This document shows, one piece after another, positions 15,664-24,586 of a stretch of 52,213 bases of DNA. Below the pieces are notes generated by a model. That model saw only the letters and a list, made by a program, of their open reading frames with translations, ran no database searches and was not told the origin of the DNA. A program made the translations under genes and the position numbers. This DNA comes from Candidatus Anoxychlamydiales bacterium (GTDB taxonomy: Bacteria > Chlamydiota > Chlamydiia > Chlamydiales > SM23-39), in contig JAAKFE010000002.1 of NCBI GenBank assembly GCA_011065175.1, positions 1 to 52,213 of the forward strand. The letters are read 5' to 3'. Position 1 is the stretch's first letter. Every line of letters starts with the position of its first letter.

Positions 15664-17079
15664 ATGTCACGTTTGATAACATGTTTAATGTTAACAACAT
15701 TCGCCTTATTTTCTCCCTTTTCAGATGTAAAAGGTGATGATATCTCATGTTTAAAAGAAACATCAAAAGCTTTTTCTCAAGTTGGAAAAAAAGCAATTCC
15801 AGCAGTAGTTTTCATAAACGCTCACTACAATGGTTCAAAATCCGAAACTTCAAAATCTGAAGATTCTTCAGAATCTTTTAATTTTTTTAGTGATGAATTT
15901 TTGAAAAAGTTTTTTGGCTCACCCGAAAAAGACCAACCACAATATGCAGCTGGCTCGGGATGTCTAGTTTCAAAAAATGGCTATATTTTAACGAACAATC
16001 ATATCATTAAAGATGCTGAAAACATAATTGTTACTTTAAATGACGGCAAAGATTATACAGCTAAAATAATCGGAACAGATCCTAAAACTGATTTAGCGAT
16101 AATTAAAATTGAGGCTAATAACCTGCCTTTTTTAGAATTTGCAAATTCTGAAGCTCTAGAAATTGGAGAATGGGCAGTAGCGATAGGAGCTCCTTTTCAA
16201 TTGCAAGCTTCTTTAACAGTTGGAGTAATTTCTGCAAAGGGAAGACAAAACTTAAGAATTACAGATTTAGAAGATTTTATCCAAACAGATGCTGCTATAA
16301 ATCCAGGTAATTCTGGAGGCCCTCTTTTAGATTTAGATGCAAAAATTGCAGGAATAAATACAGCACTTGTTTCACAAGCCGGCAGATATATGGGCCTTGG
16401 TTTTGCTATCCCTGCTAATATGGCTAAACACGTTATGGAACAAATAATTGATAATGGCACAGTTAAAAGAGGGTTTTTAGGAATAATTCTACAACCTTTA
16501 GATAAAGAAATGGCTGATGCTTTAGATTTAGCATCTTTAGAGGGAGCTTTAATTGCAGAAGTTTCAAAAAAATCTCCTGCCCAAAAAGCTGGCTTAAAGC
16601 AAGGAGATATTATAATTGCATATAATGATATTCATATCAAAAACATGCGATCATTTAGAAAAGAAATGTCTCTTTTAGGACCCGGAGATAAAGTGAAAAT
16701 CACAGTTCTCAGAAATGGTAAAAAGAAAAATTTTATGGTTACTTTAGGAGAATCTAAAGATTCCCATGTAGCTCATAAACAATCCTTAGATATTGGAATA
16801 GAAGTTTCTGATATTAAAGATATTGAGCCTCAAATCGTAAAAAAATGGCAATATTCTGATGCTTTAGAAGGAGTAATGATAACATCTGTTAAATACCACT
16901 CAATTGCAGAAAAAGCTGGATTAAAACCGGGAATGGTAACACTTAAACTCAATCATAAAAAAGTAAAAAATATTAATGATTTCAATGAGGCTTTAAAAGA
17001 TATCGATAAAAAAAGATATATTTTGATGCTGGTTAAATATCAAAACGTTACTAAATTTATAACGATTAAACGAAAATAA
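15664..17079 (+). CDS. htrA: Periplasmic serine protease HtrA/DegP (trypsin domain + 2 PDZ)
   Basis: 471 aa. Signal peptide; triad contexts NNHII, DLAIIK, GNSGGPL; two PDZ-like regions. AGGAG RBS upstream. Confidence 0.9.
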   Translation: MSRLITCLMLTTFALFSPFSDVKGDDISCLKETSKAFSQVGKKAIPAVVFINAHYNGSKSETSKSEDSSESFNFFSDEFLKKFFGSPEKDQPQYAAGSGCLVSKNGYILTNNHIIKDAENIIVTLNDGKDYTAKIIGTDPKTDLAIIKIEANNLPFLEFANSEALEIGEWAVAIGAPFQLQASLTVGVISAKGRQNLRITDLEDFIQTDAAINPGNSGGPLLDLDAKIAGINTALVSQAGRYMGLGFAIPANMAKHVMEQIIDNGTVKRGFLGIILQPLDKEMADALDLASLEGALIAEVSKKSPAQKAGLKQGDIIIAYNDIHIKNMRSFRKEMSLLGPGDKVKITVLRNGKKKNFMVTLGESKDSHVAHKQSLDIGIEVSDIKDIEPQIVKKWQYSDALEGVMITSVKYHSIAEKAGLKPGMVTLKLNHKKVKNINDFNEALKDIDKKRYILMLVKYQNVTKFITIKRK

Positions 17080-17084
17080 AAAAA

Positions 17085-17100
17085 GGGGCTAATAAGCCCC
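17085..17100 (-). terminator. GC hairpin that is a canonical intrinsic terminator only on the minus strand
   Basis: ggggct-aata-agcccc. The plus strand has A7 before it (17078-17084) and no T-tract after. The minus-strand RNA would therefore read hairpin + UUUUUUU. Confidence 0.45.
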
Positions 17101-17335
17101 AGAGCAATCGGAAAAAAGTTGCTTTGAAAAACAATAATTTTAGGATGTGCTTTATTTGTCTAAATATTATTGAATTTCATCTTGCAGCTGATTAATTTTT
17201 TTGAGATCTTTTAGCTCTTTTCGGATCCGAGAAAATCTAGAAAATCTAATTTAAATTAAAAAAAAACATTTATATTGATTTTATTAATCATAATAATTAC
17301 AATTGCTTTTTTTTATTTACAAAAGAATAAATAAT

Positions 17336-18211
17336 ATGGCAAGTCGTATAGTAACTATTCCCAATAATATGCATCAAGATCTACAAAACTACAAAGCTAT
17401 TCAAAGGCATCTAGAACTAAAACAAATAAATAAGGCTTTAGAAATATTTGGCCAAATGAAAGAGTCTGCTCATAAAACCGCATCTAGGGCGTATCTTTTT
17501 CAAGTTTGCTTAATGAATGGCGAAATAAATAAAGCTACAATTCTATTTGATAAGATGGCAGATAAAAATAAAGCTAGATTACACCTTGTTAACGCTTATT
17601 TAGAGCAAAATCAAATTGAAGAAGCAATAATGATATTTAATGAGATGGAAACGAGTATCGATAAGGACATAGCTGGATTAGAGATTGTTACAGCTTATTT
17701 AGAGCAAAAGCAAATAGAAAAGGCAATAATGATATCTGATAAAATGGAGAAGGGATTTTATAGAAATCTGGCTGGATTAGAGATTGTTATAGCTTATTTA
17801 GAGCAAAAGCAAATAGAAAAGGCAATAATGATATCTGATAAAATGGAGAAGGGATTTTATAGAAATATGGCTGGATTAGAGATTGTTATAGCTTATTTAG
17901 AGCAAAATAAAATAGAAAAGGCGATAATGATATTTGATAAAATGGAAAAGGGAGTTCATAGAATTCTGGCTGGATTAAAGATTGTTAGAGCTTATTTAGA
18001 GCAAAATAAAATAGAAAAGGCAATAATGATATCTGATAAAATGGAGAAGGGATTTTATGGAAATCTGGCTGGATTAAAGATTGTTACAGCTTATTTAGAG
18101 CAAAAGCAAACAGACAAAGCTATAAGTACATGTAATAAAATGCAAGCTGGTGAATGCAAAAATGAAGCTCAAGCAGCGATTGATAAAGCTGTTTCCATGA
18201 CAGATTCTTAA
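17336..18211 (+). CDS. Helical 33-residue tandem-repeat protein (PPR/TPR-like)
   Basis: ORF track starts at TTG 17303; first ATG is 17336 (MASRIVT). At least 6 units of the type LAGLEIVIAYLEQKQIEKAIMISDKMEKGFYRN. Confidence 0.6.
   Translation: MASRIVTIPNNMHQDLQNYKAIQRHLELKQINKALEIFGQMKESAHKTASRAYLFQVCLMNGEINKATILFDKMADKNKARLHLVNAYLEQNQIEEAIMIFNEMETSIDKDIAGLEIVTAYLEQKQIEKAIMISDKMEKGFYRNLAGLEIVIAYLEQKQIEKAIMISDKMEKGFYRNMAGLEIVIAYLEQNKIEKAIMIFDKMEKGVHRILAGLKIVRAYLEQNKIEKAIMISDKMEKGFYGNLAGLKIVTAYLEQKQTDKAISTCNKMQAGECKNEAQAAIDKAVSMTDS
17672..18166 (+). repeat. Tandem 99-bp repeats (5 copies) inside the repeat-protein gene
   Basis: gctggatta... recurs at 17672, 17771, 17870, 17969 and 18068 (period exactly 99). 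Copies 1 and 2 differ at about 2-3 positions. More degenerate copies lie upstream from ~17573. Confidence 0.85.
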
Positions 18212-18231
18212 ATCACATCTACACATCAAAT

Positions 18232-18266
18232 AAAAAGGGGCAAGTTACAATCTGTCCCCCCTTTTT
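18232..18266. terminator. Bidirectional terminator between convergent genes
   Basis: aaaaagggg (18232-18240) ... cccccctttttt: G/C stem flanked by an A-run on the left and a T-run on the right. Confidence 0.5.
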
Positions 18267-18285
18267 ATTAATTCTTGTTTTTATT

Positions 18286-19419
18286 TTATTTTTTGAAAAA
18301 CTTTCTAAAAGCAATATCATCTTTGACTTTATCGAAATATTTGTCTTTTAGAACTTCATTTAAATCTAATTTTTTAAAGTGCATGGCTGTTTTCAACCAG
18401 CCACCTGAGGGTTTAGCTTCTCCTAACATTGCAAAAGCCTTTGCATTTTTTAAAGCGATGTCCTGAGTTGGTGATAATTTATATGAGCTAGCAGATAGTT
18501 CTTTAACTACTCTAAAATTAGCTTCTTCAAAAGCTAGCTCATGAAGTCTGCAAATAGCTTCATCTGCGATTTCATCTTTAATTGAGAGAAAATATTCATA
18601 TGCTTTTTTTCTATCTTTTTGATCATAGTATAAAAAAGCTAAAAGATGAGTTGCTTGAACATAGATCAATCCTTCTTTAGTCTTAGACCTTAGATCGTCT
18701 AAAAGCTTTTGAGCCTCATCTTTCTTACCATCTTTAATTAGAACCTGAGCTTTTGTAAGAGTATCAGCTAGCTTTTCATCTCTATCACATTTTTGAATAT
18801 TTCTTGATTTTCTATACATATCAAAACTTTGAAATGCGAAAAGAAAAAATAAAGCTCCTAAAAGATAATATCGAACAGCAAAACTAGCTAAAGCTAAAAT
18901 AGCTGCCATGATAAAGCCAAGCAGCAGTGATAGTTTAAATCCTTTTATACCAAAAAAAGCCTCTAGAGCTATTCTAAGCAATTGTCCTCCATCTAATGGA
19001 AGGATAGGCAATAAATTTACAATAGACCAAAATAGATTTACAACTTGCATAACTTTGATGGTAGCTAAAAAAGTAGGATTAGAAATAAAGTTAAGCCATA
19101 AAATCAAAGTAGCCAAACCAAATAGTAATATTCCAAAAACCGGTCCCATTAAAACTATTAAAAACTGCTGATAATATTTTAGTTTTTTCCCCTGATAAGA
19201 GGTGAGCCCTCCCATAGCGACTAACTCTATTTTTGGATTTTGTTTAAAAATAAGAGATGTCAAAGCGTGACCGAGTTCATGGACTAAAACTGAGATAAAA
19301 ATTATAATTATCCAAAGAACTGTTCCAACAATAGTTTGAGACATTAAAAATCCGATTAAAGCAGAAAATATCCAAAAAAATGGATGGATATAGATTGGTA
19401 TTCTTGGGATGATTTTCAT
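18286..19419 (-). CDS. M50-family (site-2 protease type) membrane zinc metalloprotease with C-terminal TPR-like region
   Basis: 377 aa. HELGHAL zinc motif within TM helices; LLPILPLDGG second motif; soluble helical-repeat C-terminal half. Confidence 0.75.
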   Translation of the reverse strand: MKIIPRIPIYIHPFFWIFSALIGFLMSQTIVGTVLWIIIIFISVLVHELGHALTSLIFKQNPKIELVAMGGLTSYQGKKLKYYQQFLIVLMGPVFGILLFGLATLILWLNFISNPTFLATIKVMQVVNLFWSIVNLLPILPLDGGQLLRIALEAFFGIKGFKLSLLLGFIMAAILALASFAVRYYLLGALFFLFAFQSFDMYRKSRNIQKCDRDEKLADTLTKAQVLIKDGKKDEAQKLLDDLRSKTKEGLIYVQATHLLAFLYYDQKDRKKAYEYFLSIKDEIADEAICRLHELAFEEANFRVVKELSASSYKLSPTQDIALKNAKAFAMLGEAKPSGGWLKTAMHFKKLDLNEVLKDKYFDKVKDDIAFRKFFKK

Positions 19420-19489
19420 TTTTTTATATCCTTTAGTTAATTTTTGTTATGTGTTAGAGTAGTATTTCAATCAAGAAAAAATTTTATAA

Positions 19490-20401
19490 ATGTTTAAATT
19501 TTTCAAATCCAAATTAAAAAAGCTCTCAATTTCCTTAAAAAAATTTTCGATTGGAAGAAAGCTCAAATCTTTATTTTCCAAAAAAAATGATAAGACTTTA
19601 TTCGATGAGTTAGAAAAGCTATTTTATGAATCTGATCTTGGGGTTAAAATTTCAATAGAGCTTACTGATAAAGTAAGAGAAATTTTAAAAAAGGATCCAA
19701 ATACATCCGCTGATGAGATCTTAAAAATTTTAAAAACCGAGCTTTTAAATGAGGTCATTGAAAAAAAAGAGATAGATCTAAAAAAACCACATGTAGTAAT
19801 GATAGTTGGAGTCAATGGCTCTGGCAAGACAACATCTATTGCTAAAGTTGCCAATTATTATAAAGATTTGGGTAAAAAAGTTCTTTTAATAGCAGCAGAC
19901 ACTTATAGAGCTGCTGCTGTAGAGCAATTATCTTCATGGGCTCAAAAAATTGGTGTAGACATTGTAAAATCTAAACAAGGATCAGATCCATCATCAGTTG
20001 TATTTGATGGTTTAACAGCAGCTAAAAATAGAGATATAGATATTGTTATTATTGATACTGCAGGAAGATTACATACTAAAATCAATCTTATGCAAGAGCT
20101 AGAAAAAATAAAAAGGGTCTCTAACAATGTAATTGAAAACTCACCTCATGAAACCCTATTAGTCGTTGATGCAACAAGCGGACAAAATGGAGTTGATGCA
20201 GCTAAAATTTTTAATTCTTATACACCTATTTCTTCAATATTTTTAACTAAATTAGATGGCACAGCAAAAGGTGGGATTGTTTTATCAATACAAAAAGAAA
20301 TCAAAGTTCCGATAAAGTGGATAGGACTCGGAGAGACTCTAAATGATATAACAGATTTTGATGCCAAAGATTTTATAGAAGATCTTTTATCGACTGATTA
20401 G
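19490..20401 (+). CDS. ftsY: Signal recognition particle receptor FtsY
   Basis: 303 aa. NG domain G-motifs GVNGSGKTT, DTAGRLH, TKLDGTAKGG. Confidence 0.9.
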   Translation: MFKFFKSKLKKLSISLKKFSIGRKLKSLFSKKNDKTLFDELEKLFYESDLGVKISIELTDKVREILKKDPNTSADEILKILKTELLNEVIEKKEIDLKKPHVVMIVGVNGSGKTTSIAKVANYYKDLGKKVLLIAADTYRAAAVEQLSSWAQKIGVDIVKSKQGSDPSSVVFDGLTAAKNRDIDIVIIDTAGRLHTKINLMQELEKIKRVSNNVIENSPHETLLVVDATSGQNGVDAAKIFNSYTPISSIFLTKLDGTAKGGIVLSIQKEIKVPIKWIGLGETLNDITDFDAKDFIEDLLSTD

Positions 20402-20451
20402 TTTTATTTTTTTCTTTTTTCTGATATAACTTAATAAAAAACAGATAATTT

Positions 20452-21447
20452 ATGAATCATTTAGATGAGTATCAAAATCTTTTAAAAACCACTTTAAACT
20501 ACTTAAAATCTTTTGATGAAAAATTTATAGAATCTAGAAGTGATTTTTTTAAAAATGATCTATTAAATTTCTTAAATAAAAAAAAATCAAATCAAAATAT
20601 TTTATTAGAGAAAAAAAAATACAATGTAGATGTTAAAACATCTGAGATATTTTTAAATAATGAAAAAAAAGAGATTAAAAAAGATCAAAATGAAAATTTT
20701 CAAAACATTGATAAACCTCAAACTTTAAAAAGCGAAAAAAACAAAGCAAATGAAAAAAAGCCTGCTTTAGATAAGACTATAAAAAAAGACACTGCTACCA
20801 ACCCTATAACACTCAACATAAGCACTTCTAAAAATTTCATTAAAAAAAATGAGCGAGATGTTTTACAAAACAATGTTTTGCAAAAAAAAGTTATAAGAGA
20901 GGAAAAACCAAATATTTTCGAAGATAGTTTTCTTGATATAAAAAAATCAATTGAACAAAAATTTCCAAACATCTCAATTTTAAAAGAGCCTATTGATGAT
21001 AAAATTGCAAAACAAAAATCTCAAAAATACAAACTAAAAAACATTTCTTCTACTATCACAATTTTAGCGTATAAAGAAGATGAAAAGCTCTATCGTTTTT
21101 TAGAAAAACTATCTACTTCTTTGAGTGTCTATTTTTATCCTTCAAAAGTAGTCTCTGCCTATTTAATTGAAAAGGAAGATAATTGGGATGATTTTTTAAA
21201 AAGTGATATTTCTTTAATAATTTCATCTGATTATACGATATTTGAACTAAAGCGTTTAAGAACTTATTATAGAGAAAATCCATCCAAGGGAGAAAAGTTT
21301 TTAAAAGACATTCCTTTATTTTTACTACCTGATATCTTTTTATATCTAAAAGAGCCAACGCTCAAAGCATCTCTTTTCAATGCACTAAAACAAAAAATTG
21401 CAAATTTAAAAATTGCAAATTTAAAAAATTTTAAAAATGACAAATAA
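20452..21447 (+). CDS. Hypothetical protein, Lys/Asn-rich N-terminal half
   Basis: 331-aa ORF. 3' end overlaps priA start by 11 nt. No motif recognised. Confidence 0.5.
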   Translation: MNHLDEYQNLLKTTLNYLKSFDEKFIESRSDFFKNDLLNFLNKKKSNQNILLEKKKYNVDVKTSEIFLNNEKKEIKKDQNENFQNIDKPQTLKSEKNKANEKKPALDKTIKKDTATNPITLNISTSKNFIKKNERDVLQNNVLQKKVIREEKPNIFEDSFLDIKKSIEQKFPNISILKEPIDDKIAKQKSQKYKLKNISSTITILAYKEDEKLYRFLEKLSTSLSVYFYPSKVVSAYLIEKEDNWDDFLKSDISLIISSDYTIFELKRLRTYYRENPSKGEKFLKDIPLFLLPDIFLYLKEPTLKASLFNALKQKIANLKIANLKNFKNDK

Positions 21448-23668
21448 AACGTTTGCAAGTGTAGTACTAGAATCTAATATCGATAAATCTTTAGATTATG
21501 AAACCCCTGAAAATCTTCTTTCTCAAATAAAAGAAGGACAGCTCGTTGAAGTCCCCTTAAGAGGCAAGTTAAAAAAGGGATACATATTATCTTTAAAAGA
21601 AAAAACCCATGTAAAAAAAGTTTTAAAAATAAACAGAATTGTATCTGATGAAGTTTTATCTAAAGATCTTTTTAAATTAGCTATTTGGATGGCAAAATAC
21701 TATGCATGTTCTCTTTCTAAAATTTTAAGATGTATAATCCCCTCTTCAATAAGAAAAGAGATAATGCCAAAGTATCACATTTACATAACATCTAACAAAA
21801 CTAAAAAAGAGCTTTTAGATATTTATCTAAATCTTACAAAAACGAAAAAAAGTTTAAAACAAGCAAAAGCAATTGAATATTTTTTAAAGGTAAAAAAAGG
21901 AGTTTTACTAACTGAGCTTTTATTAAATACAAAATTATCTAAAGCACCGATTGATAGCTTAGTTCGAAAAAAAATCCTTATTTATAAAAAACTTTTTTCA
22001 GATGAAATAGATATTTTAAAAAACTTTGAATATTTTCAGACAAAAGAAAAAGTTTTAAATGCTCAGCAACAACAAACCTTAGATAACATTTCCTCTAGCC
22101 TAGAAAAGGGGAAATTTGAAACTCACCTAATTTTTGGAATTACTTCAAGTGGTAAAACAGAAATATATCTAAGAGCAATTAAAAAAGCAATAGAGCTTAA
22201 AAAAAGCGCAATTATGATGGTGCCAGAGATAGCTCTTACCGCTCAAACAATAGAAATATTTAGATCTCGTTTTAAAGAAAAGATAGCAATCATTCATCAC
22301 AAAAGATCATCAGGAGAGAAAGCAAAAGAATGGGAAAATATTTTGTCTGGAAAGGCTAAAATAGTAATTGGAGCTAGATCTAGTATATTTGCTCCCATCA
22401 AAAATTTAGGTTTAATAATTCTAGATGAAGAACACGACTCATCATACAAACAATCAGAAGAGATGCCCTCTTACAATGCTAAACATTTAGCGATAATGAG
22501 AGCTAAATTCTCAGAAGCAACAGTTATTTTAGCTAGTGCAACTCCTTCTATTGAATCTTATTACAATGCAACTCAAAAAAAATATACTTTAAATACCTTA
22601 TCAAAAAGAATTGGCAAATCTAATCTAGCTAAAGTAAAAATAATCAACATGAAAGAAGGTATTAAAAAATCAAAAAGCTATTTTTCTAATGATCTTTTAG
22701 AAGCTATAAAACAAAGATGTGAAAAAGGCGAGCAAACTCTTATTTTTTTAAATAGAAGAGGATATAACACCTCTCTACACTGTTTAAACTGCTCATATAT
22801 TTTTAAATGCAAACACTGTGATATTACTTTAACCTATCACAAAAAAGACAATATTTTATCTTGTCATTTATGTGGTTTTAAAACGCATACTTTAAAAAAT
22901 TGTCCTGATTGTAAAAGCTCAGAATACATCAAATATAAAGGTTTTGGAACAGAGCACATACAAAGTGCTCTTCATGCAATTTTTCCAAATATAAAAACTA
23001 TTAGAATCGATAGAGATACAACTACTCAAAAGAATTCTCATGAAATTTTATTCAAACAATTTAAATCTGGTAAAGCAGACGTTTTAATAGGCACTCAGAT
23101 GATTGTAAAGGGCCTTCATTTTCCATCGGTTACTTTAGTTGGCATTTTAAATACAGATGGAGCTTTAAATATCCCTGATTTCAGATCTTCCGAGATTGTC
23201 TTTCAATTAGTTACTCAAGCCTGTGGTAGAGCAGGCAGAGCAGCTCTAGCTGGCGAGGTGATTATTCAAACATATATGCCAGAGAACGACACTATAAAAC
23301 TTGCATCTAAACAAGACTACTTAAGTTTTTATGAGAGTGAGATTGAAAATAGAAGATTATTTGGCTATCCTCCCTTTACACAAATGGCAAAAATAGTCCT
23401 CTCCTCTCCAGATGAGAAAAAAGCAGAGAGTTTCGCTAATTTAATAAGAGAAAAACTCATAAAAAATTTAACTTCTGGTTATAAAATTCATCCAGTTCTT
23501 CCATCTGGTAGAGCAAAAGTTAAAGATGTCTTTCGCTTTCAATTTTTAATTCGTGGCAAAAATATGCTTTTTTTAAGCACTATCTTAAGTAAGATAAAAA
23601 ATGAGATAAATCTACCAAATAGAATATCGCTTTTTATTGATATTGATCCTATTTCTACCTTCTTTTAA
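21437..23668 (+). CDS. priA: Primosomal protein N' (replication restart helicase PriA)
   Basis: 743 aa. Walker A GITSSGKTE, DEEHD box, Cys-rich zinc insert CLNCSYIFKCKHCD...CHLCG...CPDCKS. Confidence 0.9.
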   Translation: MTNKTFASVVLESNIDKSLDYETPENLLSQIKEGQLVEVPLRGKLKKGYILSLKEKTHVKKVLKINRIVSDEVLSKDLFKLAIWMAKYYACSLSKILRCIIPSSIRKEIMPKYHIYITSNKTKKELLDIYLNLTKTKKSLKQAKAIEYFLKVKKGVLLTELLLNTKLSKAPIDSLVRKKILIYKKLFSDEIDILKNFEYFQTKEKVLNAQQQQTLDNISSSLEKGKFETHLIFGITSSGKTEIYLRAIKKAIELKKSAIMMVPEIALTAQTIEIFRSRFKEKIAIIHHKRSSGEKAKEWENILSGKAKIVIGARSSIFAPIKNLGLIILDEEHDSSYKQSEEMPSYNAKHLAIMRAKFSEATVILASATPSIESYYNATQKKYTLNTLSKRIGKSNLAKVKIINMKEGIKKSKSYFSNDLLEAIKQRCEKGEQTLIFLNRRGYNTSLHCLNCSYIFKCKHCDITLTYHKKDNILSCHLCGFKTHTLKNCPDCKSSEYIKYKGFGTEHIQSALHAIFPNIKTIRIDRDTTTQKNSHEILFKQFKSGKADVLIGTQMIVKGLHFPSVTLVGILNTDGALNIPDFRSSEIVFQLVTQACGRAGRAALAGEVIIQTYMPENDTIKLASKQDYLSFYESEIENRRLFGYPPFTQMAKIVLSSPDEKKAESFANLIREKLIKNLTSGYKIHPVLPSGRAKVKDVFRFQFLIRGKNMLFLSTILSKIKNEINLPNRISLFIDIDPISTFF

Positions 23669-23992
23669 AATCCTACCTTAAATCTCTGATATTTAATAAT
23701 CTTAACTTTTCTTAAAAGACGCTGAGATTTTTTATATTGTTGTTTTTTTTTTAAATACCTGATGATCAGCATCTTATGCTTGAATTTATTTTAAAAATAA
23801 ATAACTTTAACAATTTAACTTACAAGCGCACAAGAAGCTTATAGTTAGATCTTTATGCATTTTAATTGCTTTTTTTTAAATGAATTAAAATAATAATTTT
23901 ATTTATAATAATTATAATTATTAATACTAATTAATAATAAAATAATTGATAAAAGTAAATAATCTTTATAAAAAATAATAAGAGGCAAAAAA

Positions 23993-24487
23993 ATGAGTAG
24001 TATGAAACCTATAACATTTTCGGATAATACCTTAAATGCAATCCTAAAAATGGGAGAAAAACAAATTCCTGGATTCAGAATAGAAGAGGGAAAATACATA
24101 TTGAATCCACATACTCTTCCTTCACTTTCTCCTGTAGAAGAAAGAGCTAGTTCTTGTTGGAAATTTTTTATTAATTTAAGCAATGCTTTTGAAGAATTAA
24201 CTTTTGATATGGAAAGGACTTTAGATTCTCGCGATTCTAACAATATAGTTGATAGTAAAATAAGTGCAGAAATTTTAAGAGATTCATTCATACCACAAGA
24301 ACAAAAAAAACTTAACCCCTCTTCAAAAGAGAGACTAATTGAGAAACTTCAACAGTTTGCTAATCATTTCGAAAGAAGAAGTAAATCTCAAAGAGATAAA
24401 ACTATTACTCAAATTTATAATCAAGCAATAATGGCGCTAAGACAACTAAACATCTCCTATGGAGATCCTATTTTTAAACCTGTTTAA
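23993..24487 (+). CDS. Hypothetical protein
   Basis: 164 aa. AAGAGG 8 nt upstream of ATG; strong terminator directly downstream. Preferred over the overlapping minus ORF 23899-24291. Confidence 0.5.
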   Translation: MSSMKPITFSDNTLNAILKMGEKQIPGFRIEEGKYILNPHTLPSLSPVEERASSCWKFFINLSNAFEELTFDMERTLDSRDSNNIVDSKISAEILRDSFIPQEQKKLNPSSKERLIEKLQQFANHFERRSKSQRDKTITQIYNQAIMALRQLNISYGDPIFKPV

Positions 24488-24505
24488 AAAAATCCGAATA
24501 TAATC

Positions 24506-24539
24506 AAAACAACACAGAACCGTAGTTCTGTGTTGTTTT
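24506..24539. terminator. Bidirectional intrinsic terminator
   Basis: aaaacaacacagaac (24506-24520) - cgta - gttctgtgttgtttt (24525-24539): 15-bp perfect stem with A-run and T-run on the two sides. Sits between convergent genes. Confidence 0.75.
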
Positions 24540-24586
24540 TTATAAAAATTTCTCTAAATTAAACTTTCAAAATTATCTTAGAGTCT

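Noticed and set aside
17672-18166. Regular tandem repeats (99 bp here, 17 bp at 42514-42570) considered as possible CRISPR arrays
   Set aside because: The repeats are directly abutting with no unique spacers. The 99-bp set is in frame inside a protein-coding gene. No cas genes are in the window.
23899-24291. Minus-strand 130-aa ORF overlapping 23993-24487
   Set aside because: The plus ORF has an AAGAGG RBS and is followed by a 15-bp-stem terminator. The minus ORF begins inside the plus-strand coding sequence, has no RBS evident by eye, and runs out into extremely AT-rich, low-complexity sequence.
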